From Cyanobacteriota bacterium (GTDB taxonomy: Bacteria > Cyanobacteriota > Cyanobacteriia > Cyanobacteriales > Nostocaceae): 36,068 bases of DNA. The notes below the pieces were generated by a model. It had not been told where the DNA came from. It saw only the letters and a program-made list of their open reading frames with translations, and made no database searches. Made by a program: the position numbers and the translations under genes. This document shows, piece by piece, positions 1 through 9,008 of this stretch (the stretch's first letter is position 1; the number at the start of each line of letters is the position of its first letter). The stretch spans positions 1 to 36,068 of the forward strand of contig JBJOKS010000039.1 of assembly GCA_046045965.1 (NCBI GenBank). Reading direction: 5' to 3'.

Positions 1-1159
1 TAACTTTACCAGTCATGGTAATGACCGTTGGGCTGACTTTAATAACAGTGAGTTAAGTGGAGATACAATCATTATTTCTGCTTTCACCGGTGGTAGTAAT
101 GATTCCTTCAAGCTTAATAAGTTGGATCTTGTCGGTGCTGAAGAAACTACCATTGGAACTTATCAAAACGTAGCAACAGTGACTGCTGGTACTGTCAGCG
201 ATAGTGATACCAGTGGCTACACCAATCCCGCTTTTGTTGCCAATCCCGGTATTGACATTGAGAAATTTGTCAATGGTATAGATGTCACGGATCTGAATAA
301 TCTGCCAGCAATAGTTGCGGGTGCAGATGTCACCTTTACCTACGAAGTCACCAACACAGGTAATGTTGCTTTCACAGCTAATCAAGTGATAGTGACAGAT
401 GATAACGGTACTGCTGGTTATACAGGTGATGATTTTACTCCCACTTTGGTAGCATCTAGTGATGTTGACTCAGATGGTATCCTCAGTGCAGGTGAAACTT
501 GGTTGTTCACTTCTGCCACAGAAGCGGCTCAAAATTTGACCACCACCACCAGTTCTCAAGATACAACTTTTGTCTTTTCTGGTAACAGTTCCACAACCGG
601 TAGCCACGGCAATGTTCGTTCCTTCACTCAAAATGGTGTTTCCGTAGATGTCAGTGCCTTTAGTCAGAGTGGTAGTGATTGGAGAACAGCTTATGTTGGT
701 CTCTATGGTGGTGGTTTAGGTGTTACCAACCGCAATGAGTCTGGTTCTGATCACCGAGTAGACAATGGTGGTAGTATTGACTACCTGTTGTTTGAATTTG
801 ACCAAGATGTCACCGTAGACCAAGCACTACTTAAGTATGTTGAGTCTGATAGCGATATCTCGATCTGGATTGGCGATCGCAATGGTGCTAATATCTCTTC
901 TTTAAGTGACAGTCTTTTATCTAGCTTTGTCAAAGAAGATAACTTTACCAGTCATGGTAATGACCGTTGGGCTGACTTTAATAACAGTGAGTTAAGTGGA
1001 GATACAATCATTATTTCTGCTTTCACCGGTGGTAGTAATGATTCCTTCAAGCTTAATAAGTTGGATGTTTCATTTGGTGGTGAAGACATTTTTGGGGTTT
1101 ATCAAAACGTGGCTACAGTGAATGCTGGTAGTGTCAGCGATAGTGATACCAGTGGCTAC
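1..1159 (+). repeat. Intragenic tandem repeat with 939-bp (313-aa) period
   Basis: Bases 1-127 are identical to 940-1066, and 161-220 closely match 1100-1159 at the same 939 offset. Confidence 0.95.
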
Positions 1160-1174
1160 GTTAACTTTGTCTAA
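2..1174 (+). CDS. 3' part of a large repetitive extracellular/surface protein (DUF11/DUF7507-like Ig repeat carrying an inserted beta-rich domain); 5' end lies outside the window
   Basis: Frame is open from base 2 (NFTSHGNDRW...), so the TTG at 122 is not the real start. Motifs GIDIEK..VTFTYEVTNTGN..VTDD..GILSAGETW..YQNVATV are typical of conserved-repeat Ig domains. Rich in Ser/Thr/Gly/Asp. Confidence 0.85.
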   Translation, partial: NFTSHGNDRWADFNNSELSGDTIIISAFTGGSNDSFKLNKLDLVGAEETTIGTYQNVATVTAGTVSDSDTSGYTNPAFVANPGIDIEKFVNGIDVTDLNNLPAIVAGADVTFTYEVTNTGNVAFTANQVIVTDDNGTAGYTGDDFTPTLVASSDVDSDGILSAGETWLFTSATEAAQNLTTTTSSQDTTFVFSGNSSTTGSHGNVRSFTQNGVSVDVSAFSQSGSDWRTAYVGLYGGGLGVTNRNESGSDHRVDNGGSIDYLLFEFDQDVTVDQALLKYVESDSDISIWIGDRNGANISSLSDSLLSSFVKEDNFTSHGNDRWADFNNSELSGDTIIISAFTGGSNDSFKLNKLDVSFGGEDIFGVYQNVATVNAGSVSDSDTSGYVNFV

Positions 1175-1219
1175 TTGTGTAGGTCAAAGTTAATGATTTA
1201 TCTTACCTAAAGGAACAGT

Positions 1220-1259
1220 AAAAAGATTGAGGGATGTTAATATTTCCTCAATCTTTTTT
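1220..1259 (+). terminator. Intrinsic terminator, possibly bidirectional
   Basis: AAAAAGATTGAGG (1220-1232) pairs with CCTCAATCTTTTT (1246-1258), 45 bp after the stop codon. Confidence 0.75.
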
Positions 1260-1760
1260 ATCCCACATTCCTCACCCTGAACTGTCACAGATCAAAAAAA
1301 GCCTAGCAAGTAGTACATAATAACTAAAGCTAATTCAAAGGTTAAGAGGCTTAATGAGCATAAGTAGCATTAAAAGAGACATGGTGTGAGAAAGTGAAGC
1401 TTGGTAAGGGGTGAAATGAGCATCCATTCCGAAACTTACGCTAAGGACTTGATGACTTCTTTTTAACATCCTCTTTACCTACGAGAAACCTGTACCAATT
1501 GAACCCACATTCCGTACACTTCCCCTGTTCCTTCTCTACACAGATAATTTCAAAAATCAAATACCAGTCCTATATTAGCAATATAGTAACTGTAATATAT
1601 GCTGTAAATAACGATAGTTTTAATTAGTAAAAAAACAAAATTATTTAACAGTAAAAAATTACATTATCGCAGTAAAATTACCATTGGTATGGTGATTGAG
1701 ATGAGCAAGAAAAGTTGATTCGCAATTCTTGTTTTTAATTCACAACACCAATGGAGTATT

Positions 1761-2165
1761 ATGCAAGCTAATCTCCCGCTGACTGGCTTACGCATTCTTG
1801 TGGTTGATGATGATGATGATAGTTGCTTCTACATTAGTACACTATTAGAACTAGACGGAGCTAGTGTTGAAGCAGTTCCATCAGCAGCAATAGCATTAGA
1901 AATGCTACCCCAGTTCAAACCTGATGCTTTGATCTGTGATATTGCTATGCCTGGTGAAGATGGCTATACTTTTATTCGCAAAGTGCGATCGCTCAAAGCA
2001 AATGAAGGTGGAAGAGTACCGGCTGTTGCTTTAACTGCTTACGCAGATAGTGAGGATCGTGTTCGCGCTTTACAAGCTGGCTTTCAGAAACATATAGCTA
2101 AACCTGTTGAGCCTGATGAATTAGTGGAAATTATCGGCAATTTAGTCACCTTTTCTCAGTGTTAA
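1761..2165 (+). CDS. Stand-alone response regulator receiver (CheY-like) protein
   Basis: ILVVDDD acidic pocket, CDIAMP phosphoacceptor, ALTA and AKP motifs; GGAG RBS upstream. Confidence 0.92.
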   Translation: MQANLPLTGLRILVVDDDDDSCFYISTLLELDGASVEAVPSAAIALEMLPQFKPDALICDIAMPGEDGYTFIRKVRSLKANEGGRVPAVALTAYADSEDRVRALQAGFQKHIAKPVEPDELVEIIGNLVTFSQC

Positions 2166-2204
2166 TCTGGGAATTAGAGCAAATGAAAATATCGGAAAAA
2201 TATC

Positions 2205-3110
2205 CTATTTAGCTCCATTTCCAAAGCTAATACTTTCAGACTTGTATGCTGGTGGCTCAACGTGAATTACAACTCTAACAGGACTAAATTTTGCTTGTAG
2301 TTGACTTTCTACTTCTTCAGTAATGCGGTGAGCAGTTTCTACATCTGGTGCATCTACTATTAAGTGCATTTCCATAAAAACTTGGCGGCCGAGAACGCCA
2401 CGAGAAGCAATATCATGACAATTAAGCACACCGGGGACAGAAACTGCGATCGCATGAATAGCTTCAGGAGCGATCGCCATTTGATCTACCAACCAAGGTA
2501 AATTCTCTTTTAAAACTGACCAACCACTCCAAAATACTAACAAAGCCACCGGAAAAGCTAACACCACATCTAACCATTGAACATTTAGCCACCAAATTCC
2601 TATCAACCCCCCCAGTACAGAAATAGTCACCCACACATCACTCATGGTATGGGTAGCATCAGCAATTAAAATTGAACTCCCCACCCGTCTACCAACATTA
2701 CGTTCATAAAAGGCTACAAAAATATTTACACCTAACACAATTAGTAATAACCACAACTCAGAACCTGATATTTTCACAGGTGAACTACCTTTAATAATTC
2801 TCTCAATAGCTCCTTGGAGAATTTCAAAACAGGCTATCCCTAAAAAAGCGGCTATTCCTAAAGCACCCACAGCTTCAAATTTATGATGTCCGTAGGGATG
2901 CTCCCGATCAGGTAACGGTGAAGAAAACTTACTAGCAATTAACCCTAAAACGTTATTGGCGCTGTCTGTCACACTATGTAATGCGTCAGCCAACAAGCTA
3001 AGAGAACCTGTTGAGTACCCCACAAAGGCTTTTAACCCCATCACGAATAAATTGAGCAGTAGGGTAATAATTAAAACTTTTTGCACTTGGGCGCGGTTAT
3101 CGTAAGTCAT
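2205..3110 (-). CDS. Cation diffusion facilitator (FieF/CzcD family) metal transporter
   Basis: SLSLLADALHSVTD, PDREHPYGHHKFE and ADATHTMSD motifs; six TM segments; C-terminal IHVEP dimerisation domain. Confidence 0.95.
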   Translation of the reverse strand: MTYDNRAQVQKVLIITLLLNLFVMGLKAFVGYSTGSLSLLADALHSVTDSANNVLGLIASKFSSPLPDREHPYGHHKFEAVGALGIAAFLGIACFEILQGAIERIIKGSSPVKISGSELWLLLIVLGVNIFVAFYERNVGRRVGSSILIADATHTMSDVWVTISVLGGLIGIWWLNVQWLDVVLAFPVALLVFWSGWSVLKENLPWLVDQMAIAPEAIHAIAVSVPGVLNCHDIASRGVLGRQVFMEMHLIVDAPDVETAHRITEEVESQLQAKFSPVRVVIHVEPPAYKSESISFGNGAK

Positions 3111-3494
3111 AAAAAATTTATCACATCATCTTCTATGACTTCTACTTTAAAACCTTAAGAACAAATAAATACAAAATAAATGTATCAAAGTCTTACAGAG
3201 TAAGAAATAAGTCTCTCAAGAATCTCTAATTATCTACCAATTTGTTGAGATTTATTTTAACTAAGATCAGCTATAATCCCGATTTATTTAGCTAATATTA
3301 TTGCTGATAATAGACTATTATTCTCATCAATAACATTAGCTTTCTGTGAAAAAGAAAAGTCTGTGATCCCCGATCTCTTATAGAAGTCGTTGAGCTTGTT
3401 GTCCTCACAGGGAACTCTGAACAGGAATTATGAATTGATTTCTCCCTATCCGGTAATATAAATAATTACCAAGAAGTTGTAATCAAAAAGCTCT

Positions 3495-3848
3495 ATGTCT
3501 TCTACCCCTCTGACACTTAACCTGGGTGATGGTTCTATCTCCTTTAGTTTTTCAGCTCCAGCAGCACGAGAATTAAAAGCAGCAATCGATCAATTAATGC
3601 TAAGTCTCAAAGCTGTTGCTGCTAAACCCACTCCAGGTAGTGGTAAAGTCACTCCCCAACCTCCTTTGGAGTATCGCTACGCAGGGGATGTCTTTTTAGA
3701 AGTTTTCTGTAATCCCAATATTTGGCCTACCCCTTTTGCAGCCAAAGTGCTGCTGACTATCCGCAATGTTGGTATTCGCTTGACTACAGAAGCTGAACTT
3801 ACTCGCATTATTGAAGATATTAACCAGTATTTAGAACAAGTGGGATAG
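3495..3848 (+). CDS. Conserved cyanobacterial hypothetical protein
   Basis: 117-aa ORF with normal composition, alone in its interval (LEVFCNPNIWPTPFAAKVL core). Confidence 0.8.
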   Translation: MSSTPLTLNLGDGSISFSFSAPAARELKAAIDQLMLSLKAVAAKPTPGSGKVTPQPPLEYRYAGDVFLEVFCNPNIWPTPFAAKVLLTIRNVGIRLTTEAELTRIIEDINQYLEQVG

Positions 3849-4025
3849 GGGACTGGGGACTCTTTACTGGGGACTAGGGACTCTTTACTGGGGACTCTTT
3901 ACTGGGGACAGAGAAGAAGAAAAGGAGCAGGGAGCAGGGAGAAAAATTAATTCTTCCTCCTGCCTCCTGCCTCCTGCCTCCTGACTCCTGCCTCCTGACT
4001 CCTGACTCCTGACTCCTGATTCCTG
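3848..4025. repeat. STRR-type short tandem repeat arrays (ACTGGGGACTCTTT units, then (C/A)CTCCTG heptamers)
   Basis: Tandem units directly visible at 3848-3909 and about 3955-4025. Confidence 0.9.
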
Positions 4026-4034
4026 AGAAAAAAT

Positions 4035-4069
4035 ATACTTGTCCAAAGTTATGCACTCTGGACAAGTAT
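4035..4069. terminator. Hairpin between convergent genes, probable terminator
   Basis: ATACTTGTCCA (4035-4045) / TGGACAAGTAT (4059-4069), with A-runs on both sides. Confidence 0.6.
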
Positions 4070-4266
4070 CAATAAAATAATGACTACTTATTCAAAATCA
4101 CGATGCTCTGGCGTAGGCCATCGTCAATATCGCTTACTGGAAAAGTAGTATAAATTAAGACTGTAATTGTTCTGTGTTTATGGTCAATAAAAGATGATGG
4201 ACAGGGAAATATTTTTCTCGCATCCACACATCAAAAATCAACTCCCAATCCAAAACCAACCCTTGA

Positions 4267-4503
4267 TTAGTCGTTATCCCATTCTTCACGACCAATCAAG
4301 TCCCCAATGCGATCGCGCAATAAGAAATCACATTTCTCTAATTCACATTCAACACAAACCCACTCTCTCGCTGGGATATATTGGCACAATGTATATATTG
4401 GTTGTTGACGGCTCACCATTCCCTTCTGCACCAGTCGGCGTGCTTCGTCCTGGATTACGTCTAGAGAGTAGTAATTGATAGAAGGCACCGTATTCACACT
4501 CAT
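4267..4503 (-). CDS. DUF4327 family small protein
   Basis: YSLDVIQDEARRLV..SRQQPIY.LC.YIPAREW...ECELE..DFLLRDRIGDL...EEWDND family signature. Confidence 0.9.
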   Translation of the reverse strand: MSVNTVPSINYYSLDVIQDEARRLVQKGMVSRQQPIYTLCQYIPAREWVCVECELEKCDFLLRDRIGDLIGREEWDND

Positions 4504-4592
4504 TGTTTTTACTCACAAATTTACATTTAGATAGTATTCCCAATTTTAATCAGGAACAAAAATGGCAATAATTTAGACCTGTGGCTAGGTTT

Positions 4593-4608
4593 TGTAGTTT
4601 GCTATACG
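4593..4608. promoter_or_regulatory. Candidate NtcA-binding site
   Basis: TGTA-GTTTGCTA-TACG matches GTA-N8-TAC, about 90 bp upstream of the DUF4327 start. Confidence 0.4.
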
Positions 4609-5111
4609 GAACTATTATCATTTTGACGCTACAGACCTGTAAATTATCTAAAGAAATGTTAAGTTTGTCAAGGAAAGATAACATTAATTCTAACTCCGCT
4701 TCAAATTGTGAATCCAGAAATCCTGAGATGGGCTAACTGGTAATACCTTGCAGTTACTATTAACAGGTTTTACACTTTGATATCTATATACCTAAAGTCA
4801 CAAATCAATCTAGTATTTTCTGATGTTTCGTATAAAAAAAATTTTTATTTATATTCCCAATAATCACCATAAAGTCTTTCCTATCCTTATTGTGATTGAT
4901 TTTTCCAGAAAAAATAGACCAGCAATCTTGGACTTAAATTAAATATAGTGTATAAACTGTCGCAAGTTACAATGGCTAAGTTACACCACTAAGTTTTATA
5001 GGCATCATCTGTTAACAATTTTTTAACCTGTACTCCTATCAATCCGTTAATTTTGTCATAATTTATACGGTATATCAATTCTTCCACTATGATTTTTAAC
5101 ACTATGATCGA

Positions 5112-5141
5112 GCAGGGGTTTAGCATTGAGCTTTGCCCCTA
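5112..5141. repeat. REP/SDR-like small palindromic repeat downstream of rbfA
   Basis: GCAGGGGTTTAGCATTGAGCTTTGCCCCTAC is an imperfect palindrome reading GTAGGGGC... on the - strand. Confidence 0.5.
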
Positions 5142-5180
5142 CCAAAGTTCAGGTTGTAGAATAGGTTAACTTGAAGTTAA

Positions 5181-5579
5181 TTATTCGGGAAAATCTTCCT
5201 CATCATCTTCAATGTTTTCCGGTGGACGGTCTTGCTTGAGTTGGTTTAATAAACTCAGCACTTTAGTACCTCGTTCGAGGGAGCAATCTTCAACAAATAT
5301 CACTTCTGGAGTACGACGCAGCCTTACTCTAGCACCCAGTTCACTGCGGACATAACCAGTCGCTGACTTTAAACCCGCCATTGTTTCAGCCTTAGCTTCC
5401 TGGGTCCCATAAATACTGACGAAGATTTTAGCGTGTTGCAAGTCACCAGAAACATCTACATCAGTAACACTGACCATTCCTGTACCCACACGGTCATCTT
5501 TAATACCGTTGAGCAACATTTGGCTAATTTCCCGTTTAATTAATTCAGCAACGCGGGAAACGCGGCGATTTGTAGCCAT
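5181..5579 (-). CDS. rbfA: 30S ribosome-binding factor A
   Basis: [47 protein letters not shown] signature. Confidence 0.98.
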   Translation of the reverse strand: MATNRRVSRVAELIKREISQMLLNGIKDDRVGTGMVSVTDVDVSGDLQHAKIFVSIYGTQEAKAETMAGLKSATGYVRSELGARVRLRRTPEVIFVEDCSLERGTKVLSLLNQLKQDRPPENIEDDEEDFPE

Positions 5580-5692
5580 ATAGATTCCGCCTTCTCACAG
5601 AGGTTGTACGATTGAATAGATGCAAATTCAGGATCATAGCTGTAAGATCAACAGCAATAGTCCTGAAGCCTAAACCCTGATTCAGTCTTAGT

Positions 5693-5899
5693 TTAGATTG
5701 TACTCAAGCCCAGCATTGCTCGGAGAGTCAGAGTCAAAAAAAACAGACTACCTGCAAATAAGCCGACAATGGCTATTAAGGTAACTGGGCGTTTTAACAG
5801 TGGTCTTAATGGTTCAAAGGTATTCAGCAAAAGACCTAAGACGATAGTAATCAAGTAGCGGGGGTAGCGAAATACGTTATCCCAAAATCCGTCAAACAT
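5693..5899 (-). CDS. DUF751 family small membrane protein
   Basis: FWDNVFRYPRY...LTLRAMLG signature; usual neighbour of rbfA in cyanobacteria. Confidence 0.9.
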   Translation of the reverse strand: MFDGFWDNVFRYPRYLITIVLGLLLNTFEPLRPLLKRPVTLIAIVGLFAGSLFFLTLTLRAMLGLSTI

Positions 5900-6003
5900 T
5901 TGAATATAGACTTCCTTGTTATAAACTGTAGTTTGTTTTCAGGTGCTTATTTAACTTAATTGTAATATATAGGGTAAAAAAACGCTCAGTTCATATAAAA
6001 TAA

Positions 6004-6032
6004 GTGATTGGTGATTGGTGATTGGTGATTGG
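6004..6032. repeat. STRR array (GTGATTG)n
   Basis: About four tandem heptamers. Confidence 0.85.
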
Positions 6033-6092
6033 TAAGAGTTCCTTAGTTAGCAAATTATTTACTAAATTATTTTTAATGTAATCAATAAATAC

Positions 6093-6920
6093 ATGATCAG
6101 TCAAATCTCTAAAGAAATTTGTCCACGTCCCTTTTTAAAGTGGGCTGGTGGTAAAAGTAGGTTAATTCCGCAATATCAACAATATTTTCCCAAAAATTAC
6201 CAGACTTACTATGAACCCTTTTTAGGTGGAGGGGCGATTTTTTTTCATTTGCAACCACAAAAAGCATTTTTAACTGATATTAATGCTGATTTAATTACTA
6301 CTTATGGCTGTGTTAGAGATCATGTTGAAGAATTAATTACTCTACTAAAAGAACACAAAAAACAACATGATCAAGATTATTATTATGATGTACGTTCCTA
6401 TCATCAAGGTACGAATTTAGAAAAAGCAGCTCGTTTTATTTATCTGAACAAAACCTGTTTTAATGGTCTTTATCGGGTTAATTCTCAAGGTAAATTTAAT
6501 GTACCTTTGGGTAGATATAAAAATCCTGGTATTTGTCAGGAAGATATCTTAAGAGTTGCATCAAAATCACTTGCGAAAGCAAACATTCAAAACGCAGATT
6601 TTACAGAAGTTTTGAATTATGCAACAAATAATAATGATTTCGTATTTTTTGATCCCCCATATTATCCTCTGAGTGGAACAAGTAATTTTACAGCTTATAG
6701 CTCCTATTCCTTTGGGGAAATTCAGCAAGAGCAATTAAAAGATGTATTTGTGGAATTAGCAGAACGCGGAGTCAAAGTTATGCTTGCAAATTCAGATTGT
6801 GATTTTATTCGTAAGCTTTATAGTAGTTTCAAAATTCATACTATTTCAGCAGCAAGATCAATTAATTCTAATGCGAAGAAGCGGGGTAATATTAATGAGG
6901 TTTTAGTCACTTCTTATTAG
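6093..6920 (+). CDS. dam: Dam-family N6-adenine DNA methyltransferase (orphan, probably GATC-specific, DmtA-like)
   Basis: PFLKWAGGK, YYEPFLGGG (motif I), CFNGLYRVN..G.FNVP.G and FFDPPY (motif IV). No adjacent endonuclease. Confidence 0.95.
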   Translation: MISQISKEICPRPFLKWAGGKSRLIPQYQQYFPKNYQTYYEPFLGGGAIFFHLQPQKAFLTDINADLITTYGCVRDHVEELITLLKEHKKQHDQDYYYDVRSYHQGTNLEKAARFIYLNKTCFNGLYRVNSQGKFNVPLGRYKNPGICQEDILRVASKSLAKANIQNADFTEVLNYATNNNDFVFFDPPYYPLSGTSNFTAYSSYSFGEIQQEQLKDVFVELAERGVKVMLANSDCDFIRKLYSSFKIHTISAARSINSNAKKRGNINEVLVTSY

Positions 6921-7073
6921 AGGATGTGATGTTTTAAATATAGTCTTAGACGATGAAACTCTTGTTGTAGATTATTATAGATATTATAAAACCTCTTATT
7001 ATTTGATTATTTATATTTAGCAAAAAGTTAATTTATGATCATTGAAAATTCACAGATAATTGAGCAATTACCA

Positions 7074-7112
7074 TCCTGTAAATCCTTAAATCCTGTAAAT
7101 CCTGATTCTGAC
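7074..7112. repeat. Short dispersed repeat with ATCCTG(T)AA-type units
   Basis: ATCCTGTAAATCCTTAAATCCTGTAAATCCTGATTCTGAC. Confidence 0.6.
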
Positions 7113-7194
7113 AAAAAAAAGATTTGAAGAGGAAAAAATCGTAATTTAAATAATTTTTAATTTAAGTAATTTTAATTTTTAATTGCGATAACTA

Positions 7195-7234
7195 CTTCTC
7201 TAATTCTCCCGTTCTTGGGGGAGAAATAGAGGAG
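7195..7234 (-). terminator. Hairpin downstream of the hetZ-like gene
   Basis: CTTCTCTA-A-TTCTCCC pairs with GGGAGAA-A-TAGAGGAG. Confidence 0.5.
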
Positions 7235-7307
7235 ATTGTTATTGTGTAGGAACAGGTGTATGAGGTGATCAGATATGCAGATAAATTTAGGAATTTCACC
7301 CGGTTCT

Positions 7308-8528
7308 TCAGCAGGTCTTAACTTCAGCATGACCATTGCGGATAGCCCATGCTAATTCTAGCATTTGAGTCCAGCGTTTTTGTAGCTGTTTGGGGGTACA
7401 TTGTACAGCTTTAGCGATCGCCTGATCATTTTCCATCGCAGTTTTTAACTTAAAAATTTGTTGTTGCTGTTCAGTTAGTTGGTTCCAGAAAGTATCCCAC
7501 TGCTGAGAAGATAAACCCAACTTATGTTCTAAACCAGCACCCAACCATTGATGTACCAATTGCCAATGATGCTGTTTAGCAAACTTCTCGACGTGATATT
7601 TAAAGCGTTGTTGCAAATAATCGCGTTGACGACTGGTTAAACCGAGAATTTGGTCAATTTCCGGTGCTGAGAGGTCTTGAAGTTTCAAAGATAGATAATT
7701 CATGCAGTCAGACTGACCTTGAGACTCCAGATACTTCATCAACTCAGTAATTACGCGATCGCGTTCCGACTCCTCAGAAGGATCAAAACTAGGTTTAGCC
7801 ACCATCTGGGATCTAATTTGCTGCACCGCTAAATTACGTTGATAAGATTCAGCTTCTTCAGTTTTAGCAGAATCCACAGCCATTTCAATATCTACAGTCG
7901 TTTCCTGGGGTTGACGACGAGCAAAACCTTGAGCGCGTAACACGATCAACTGTTGATTAGCACCACCAGGTAAATTAATCCGACGTTTAGCATACTGTTC
8001 TGTAAACGCCATGTATTCAGCTAATTGTAGTTGAGTCCGGGGAGTATAATCTTCAGGTAATTCATTTTCCCGACGAAAAGCTTTAATCGCTTCGATATAA
8101 AAAGCTTGGAGAAAATCCTCAATCAGATTGTAACGAGCTTCAAAACCTAATTCTGAGCCAGCCACCGTCACATGACGATAAACAATAGCACCTAAACTGC
8201 TATGTAATTCAACCCGTCCTTGTCGTGAACCCAATAGATAGTAACGCAGGCACTTTTGTAACCGGTGTCTTGCTAAAGTAATCTGCCAAGACCTTACTTG
8301 CCCAGAAGTTTGGATGCGGGAACTTTTATCACATATCCGTTCTACTTCTTTGGTTATGCGATTAGCTACAGCCTCTACACACCCTGTTGAAGCTTTTACT
8401 TGGGTCTGCATTTCCTGACAAAGAAGTTGCAGTAAAGTATCAGAGTTAGTATCTGATAAATCTTCGATTGAAACATCACTATCAAAAGCAGGTGTAGAAT
8501 TTGGCAGATTGACGAAGTTAGCTTTCAT
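7308..8528 (-). CDS. HetZ-related protein (paralog of heterocyst regulator HetZ)
   Basis: EVERIC.KS.RIQ.SG, TLARHRLQKCLRYY.LGS..GRVELHS.L.AI.YR, IEDFLQ.FY, LAEYMAFTE.Y.KRRI.LPG blocks shared with HetZ; C-terminal HTH-like segments. No patU3 downstream, so a paralog is more likely than hetZ itself. Confidence 0.88.
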   Translation of the reverse strand: MKANFVNLPNSTPAFDSDVSIEDLSDTNSDTLLQLLCQEMQTQVKASTGCVEAVANRITKEVERICDKSSRIQTSGQVRSWQITLARHRLQKCLRYYLLGSRQGRVELHSSLGAIVYRHVTVAGSELGFEARYNLIEDFLQAFYIEAIKAFRRENELPEDYTPRTQLQLAEYMAFTEQYAKRRINLPGGANQQLIVLRAQGFARRQPQETTVDIEMAVDSAKTEEAESYQRNLAVQQIRSQMVAKPSFDPSEESERDRVITELMKYLESQGQSDCMNYLSLKLQDLSAPEIDQILGLTSRQRDYLQQRFKYHVEKFAKQHHWQLVHQWLGAGLEHKLGLSSQQWDTFWNQLTEQQQQIFKLKTAMENDQAIAKAVQCTPKQLQKRWTQMLELAWAIRNGHAEVKTC

Positions 8529-8623
8529 GACTTTTCCTGGAATTGGTATTGCACCTTAACTAAAACGCAGACACAGTGCTTAAGAACAAACATCACTGGA
8601 GAATCTTGCTGACAAACATCCAT
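8525..8623 (-). CDS. Putative 32-aa peptide translationally coupled (ATGA overlap) to the hetZ-related gene
   Basis: MDVCQQDSPVMFVLKHCVCVLVKVQYQFQEKS; its TGA (8527-8525) overlaps the downstream ATG (8528-8526). Confidence 0.35.
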   Translation of the reverse strand: MDVCQQDSPVMFVLKHCVCVLVKVQYQFQEKS

Positions 8624-8788
8624 CAAGACACGCCGCAGATACTGTTCACATATAAGACTGTAAGAAATTTCAGCAGTTAAGGGGCCTGTCAAGTGTGTCG
8701 CTTTTTTGATCAGCAACTAAATTATATAGCTGTGGACAGGGTAGTTAGGACATCAATTGATAATGAAACTCCCACTATAAGAGGGTTT

Positions 8789-8817
8789 TACTCCTGACTC
8801 CTGACTCCTGACTCCTG
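8789..8817. repeat. STRR array (ACTCCTG)4
   Basis: Tandem heptamers. Confidence 0.85.
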
Positions 8818-9008
8818 CTATAGATGAGATATTGGTGTCCAGAAGGCGATAAAAATAAACCAAACCCTAGCAATGCCAAGATTTGCCGCCATCCCTGTTC
8901 CCTTGATCCCAGCGTCTTTTGGTATGACAATTTCAAAATTGGAGTAAAAATTGGTGTATGTTTATCACAATTTGCGAAACAGAGGGTTGTATCTGTAAAG
9001 CTTAATTA

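Noticed and set aside
1546..1574. TTCAAAAATCAAATACCAGTCCTATA resembling one end of a cyanobacterial MITE
   Set aside because: No partner inverted end or target duplication found nearby.
3874..4065. 63-aa ORF with RSQESGVRRQE repeats; likewise 15121-15402, 14549-15007, 9504-9719 and 31145-31327
   Set aside because: These frames stay open only because they cross STRR arrays or shadow real genes.
7035..7127. 30-aa ORF after dam as a remnant of a cognate restriction endonuclease
   Set aside because: Half of it is repeat-derived and there is no nuclease motif.
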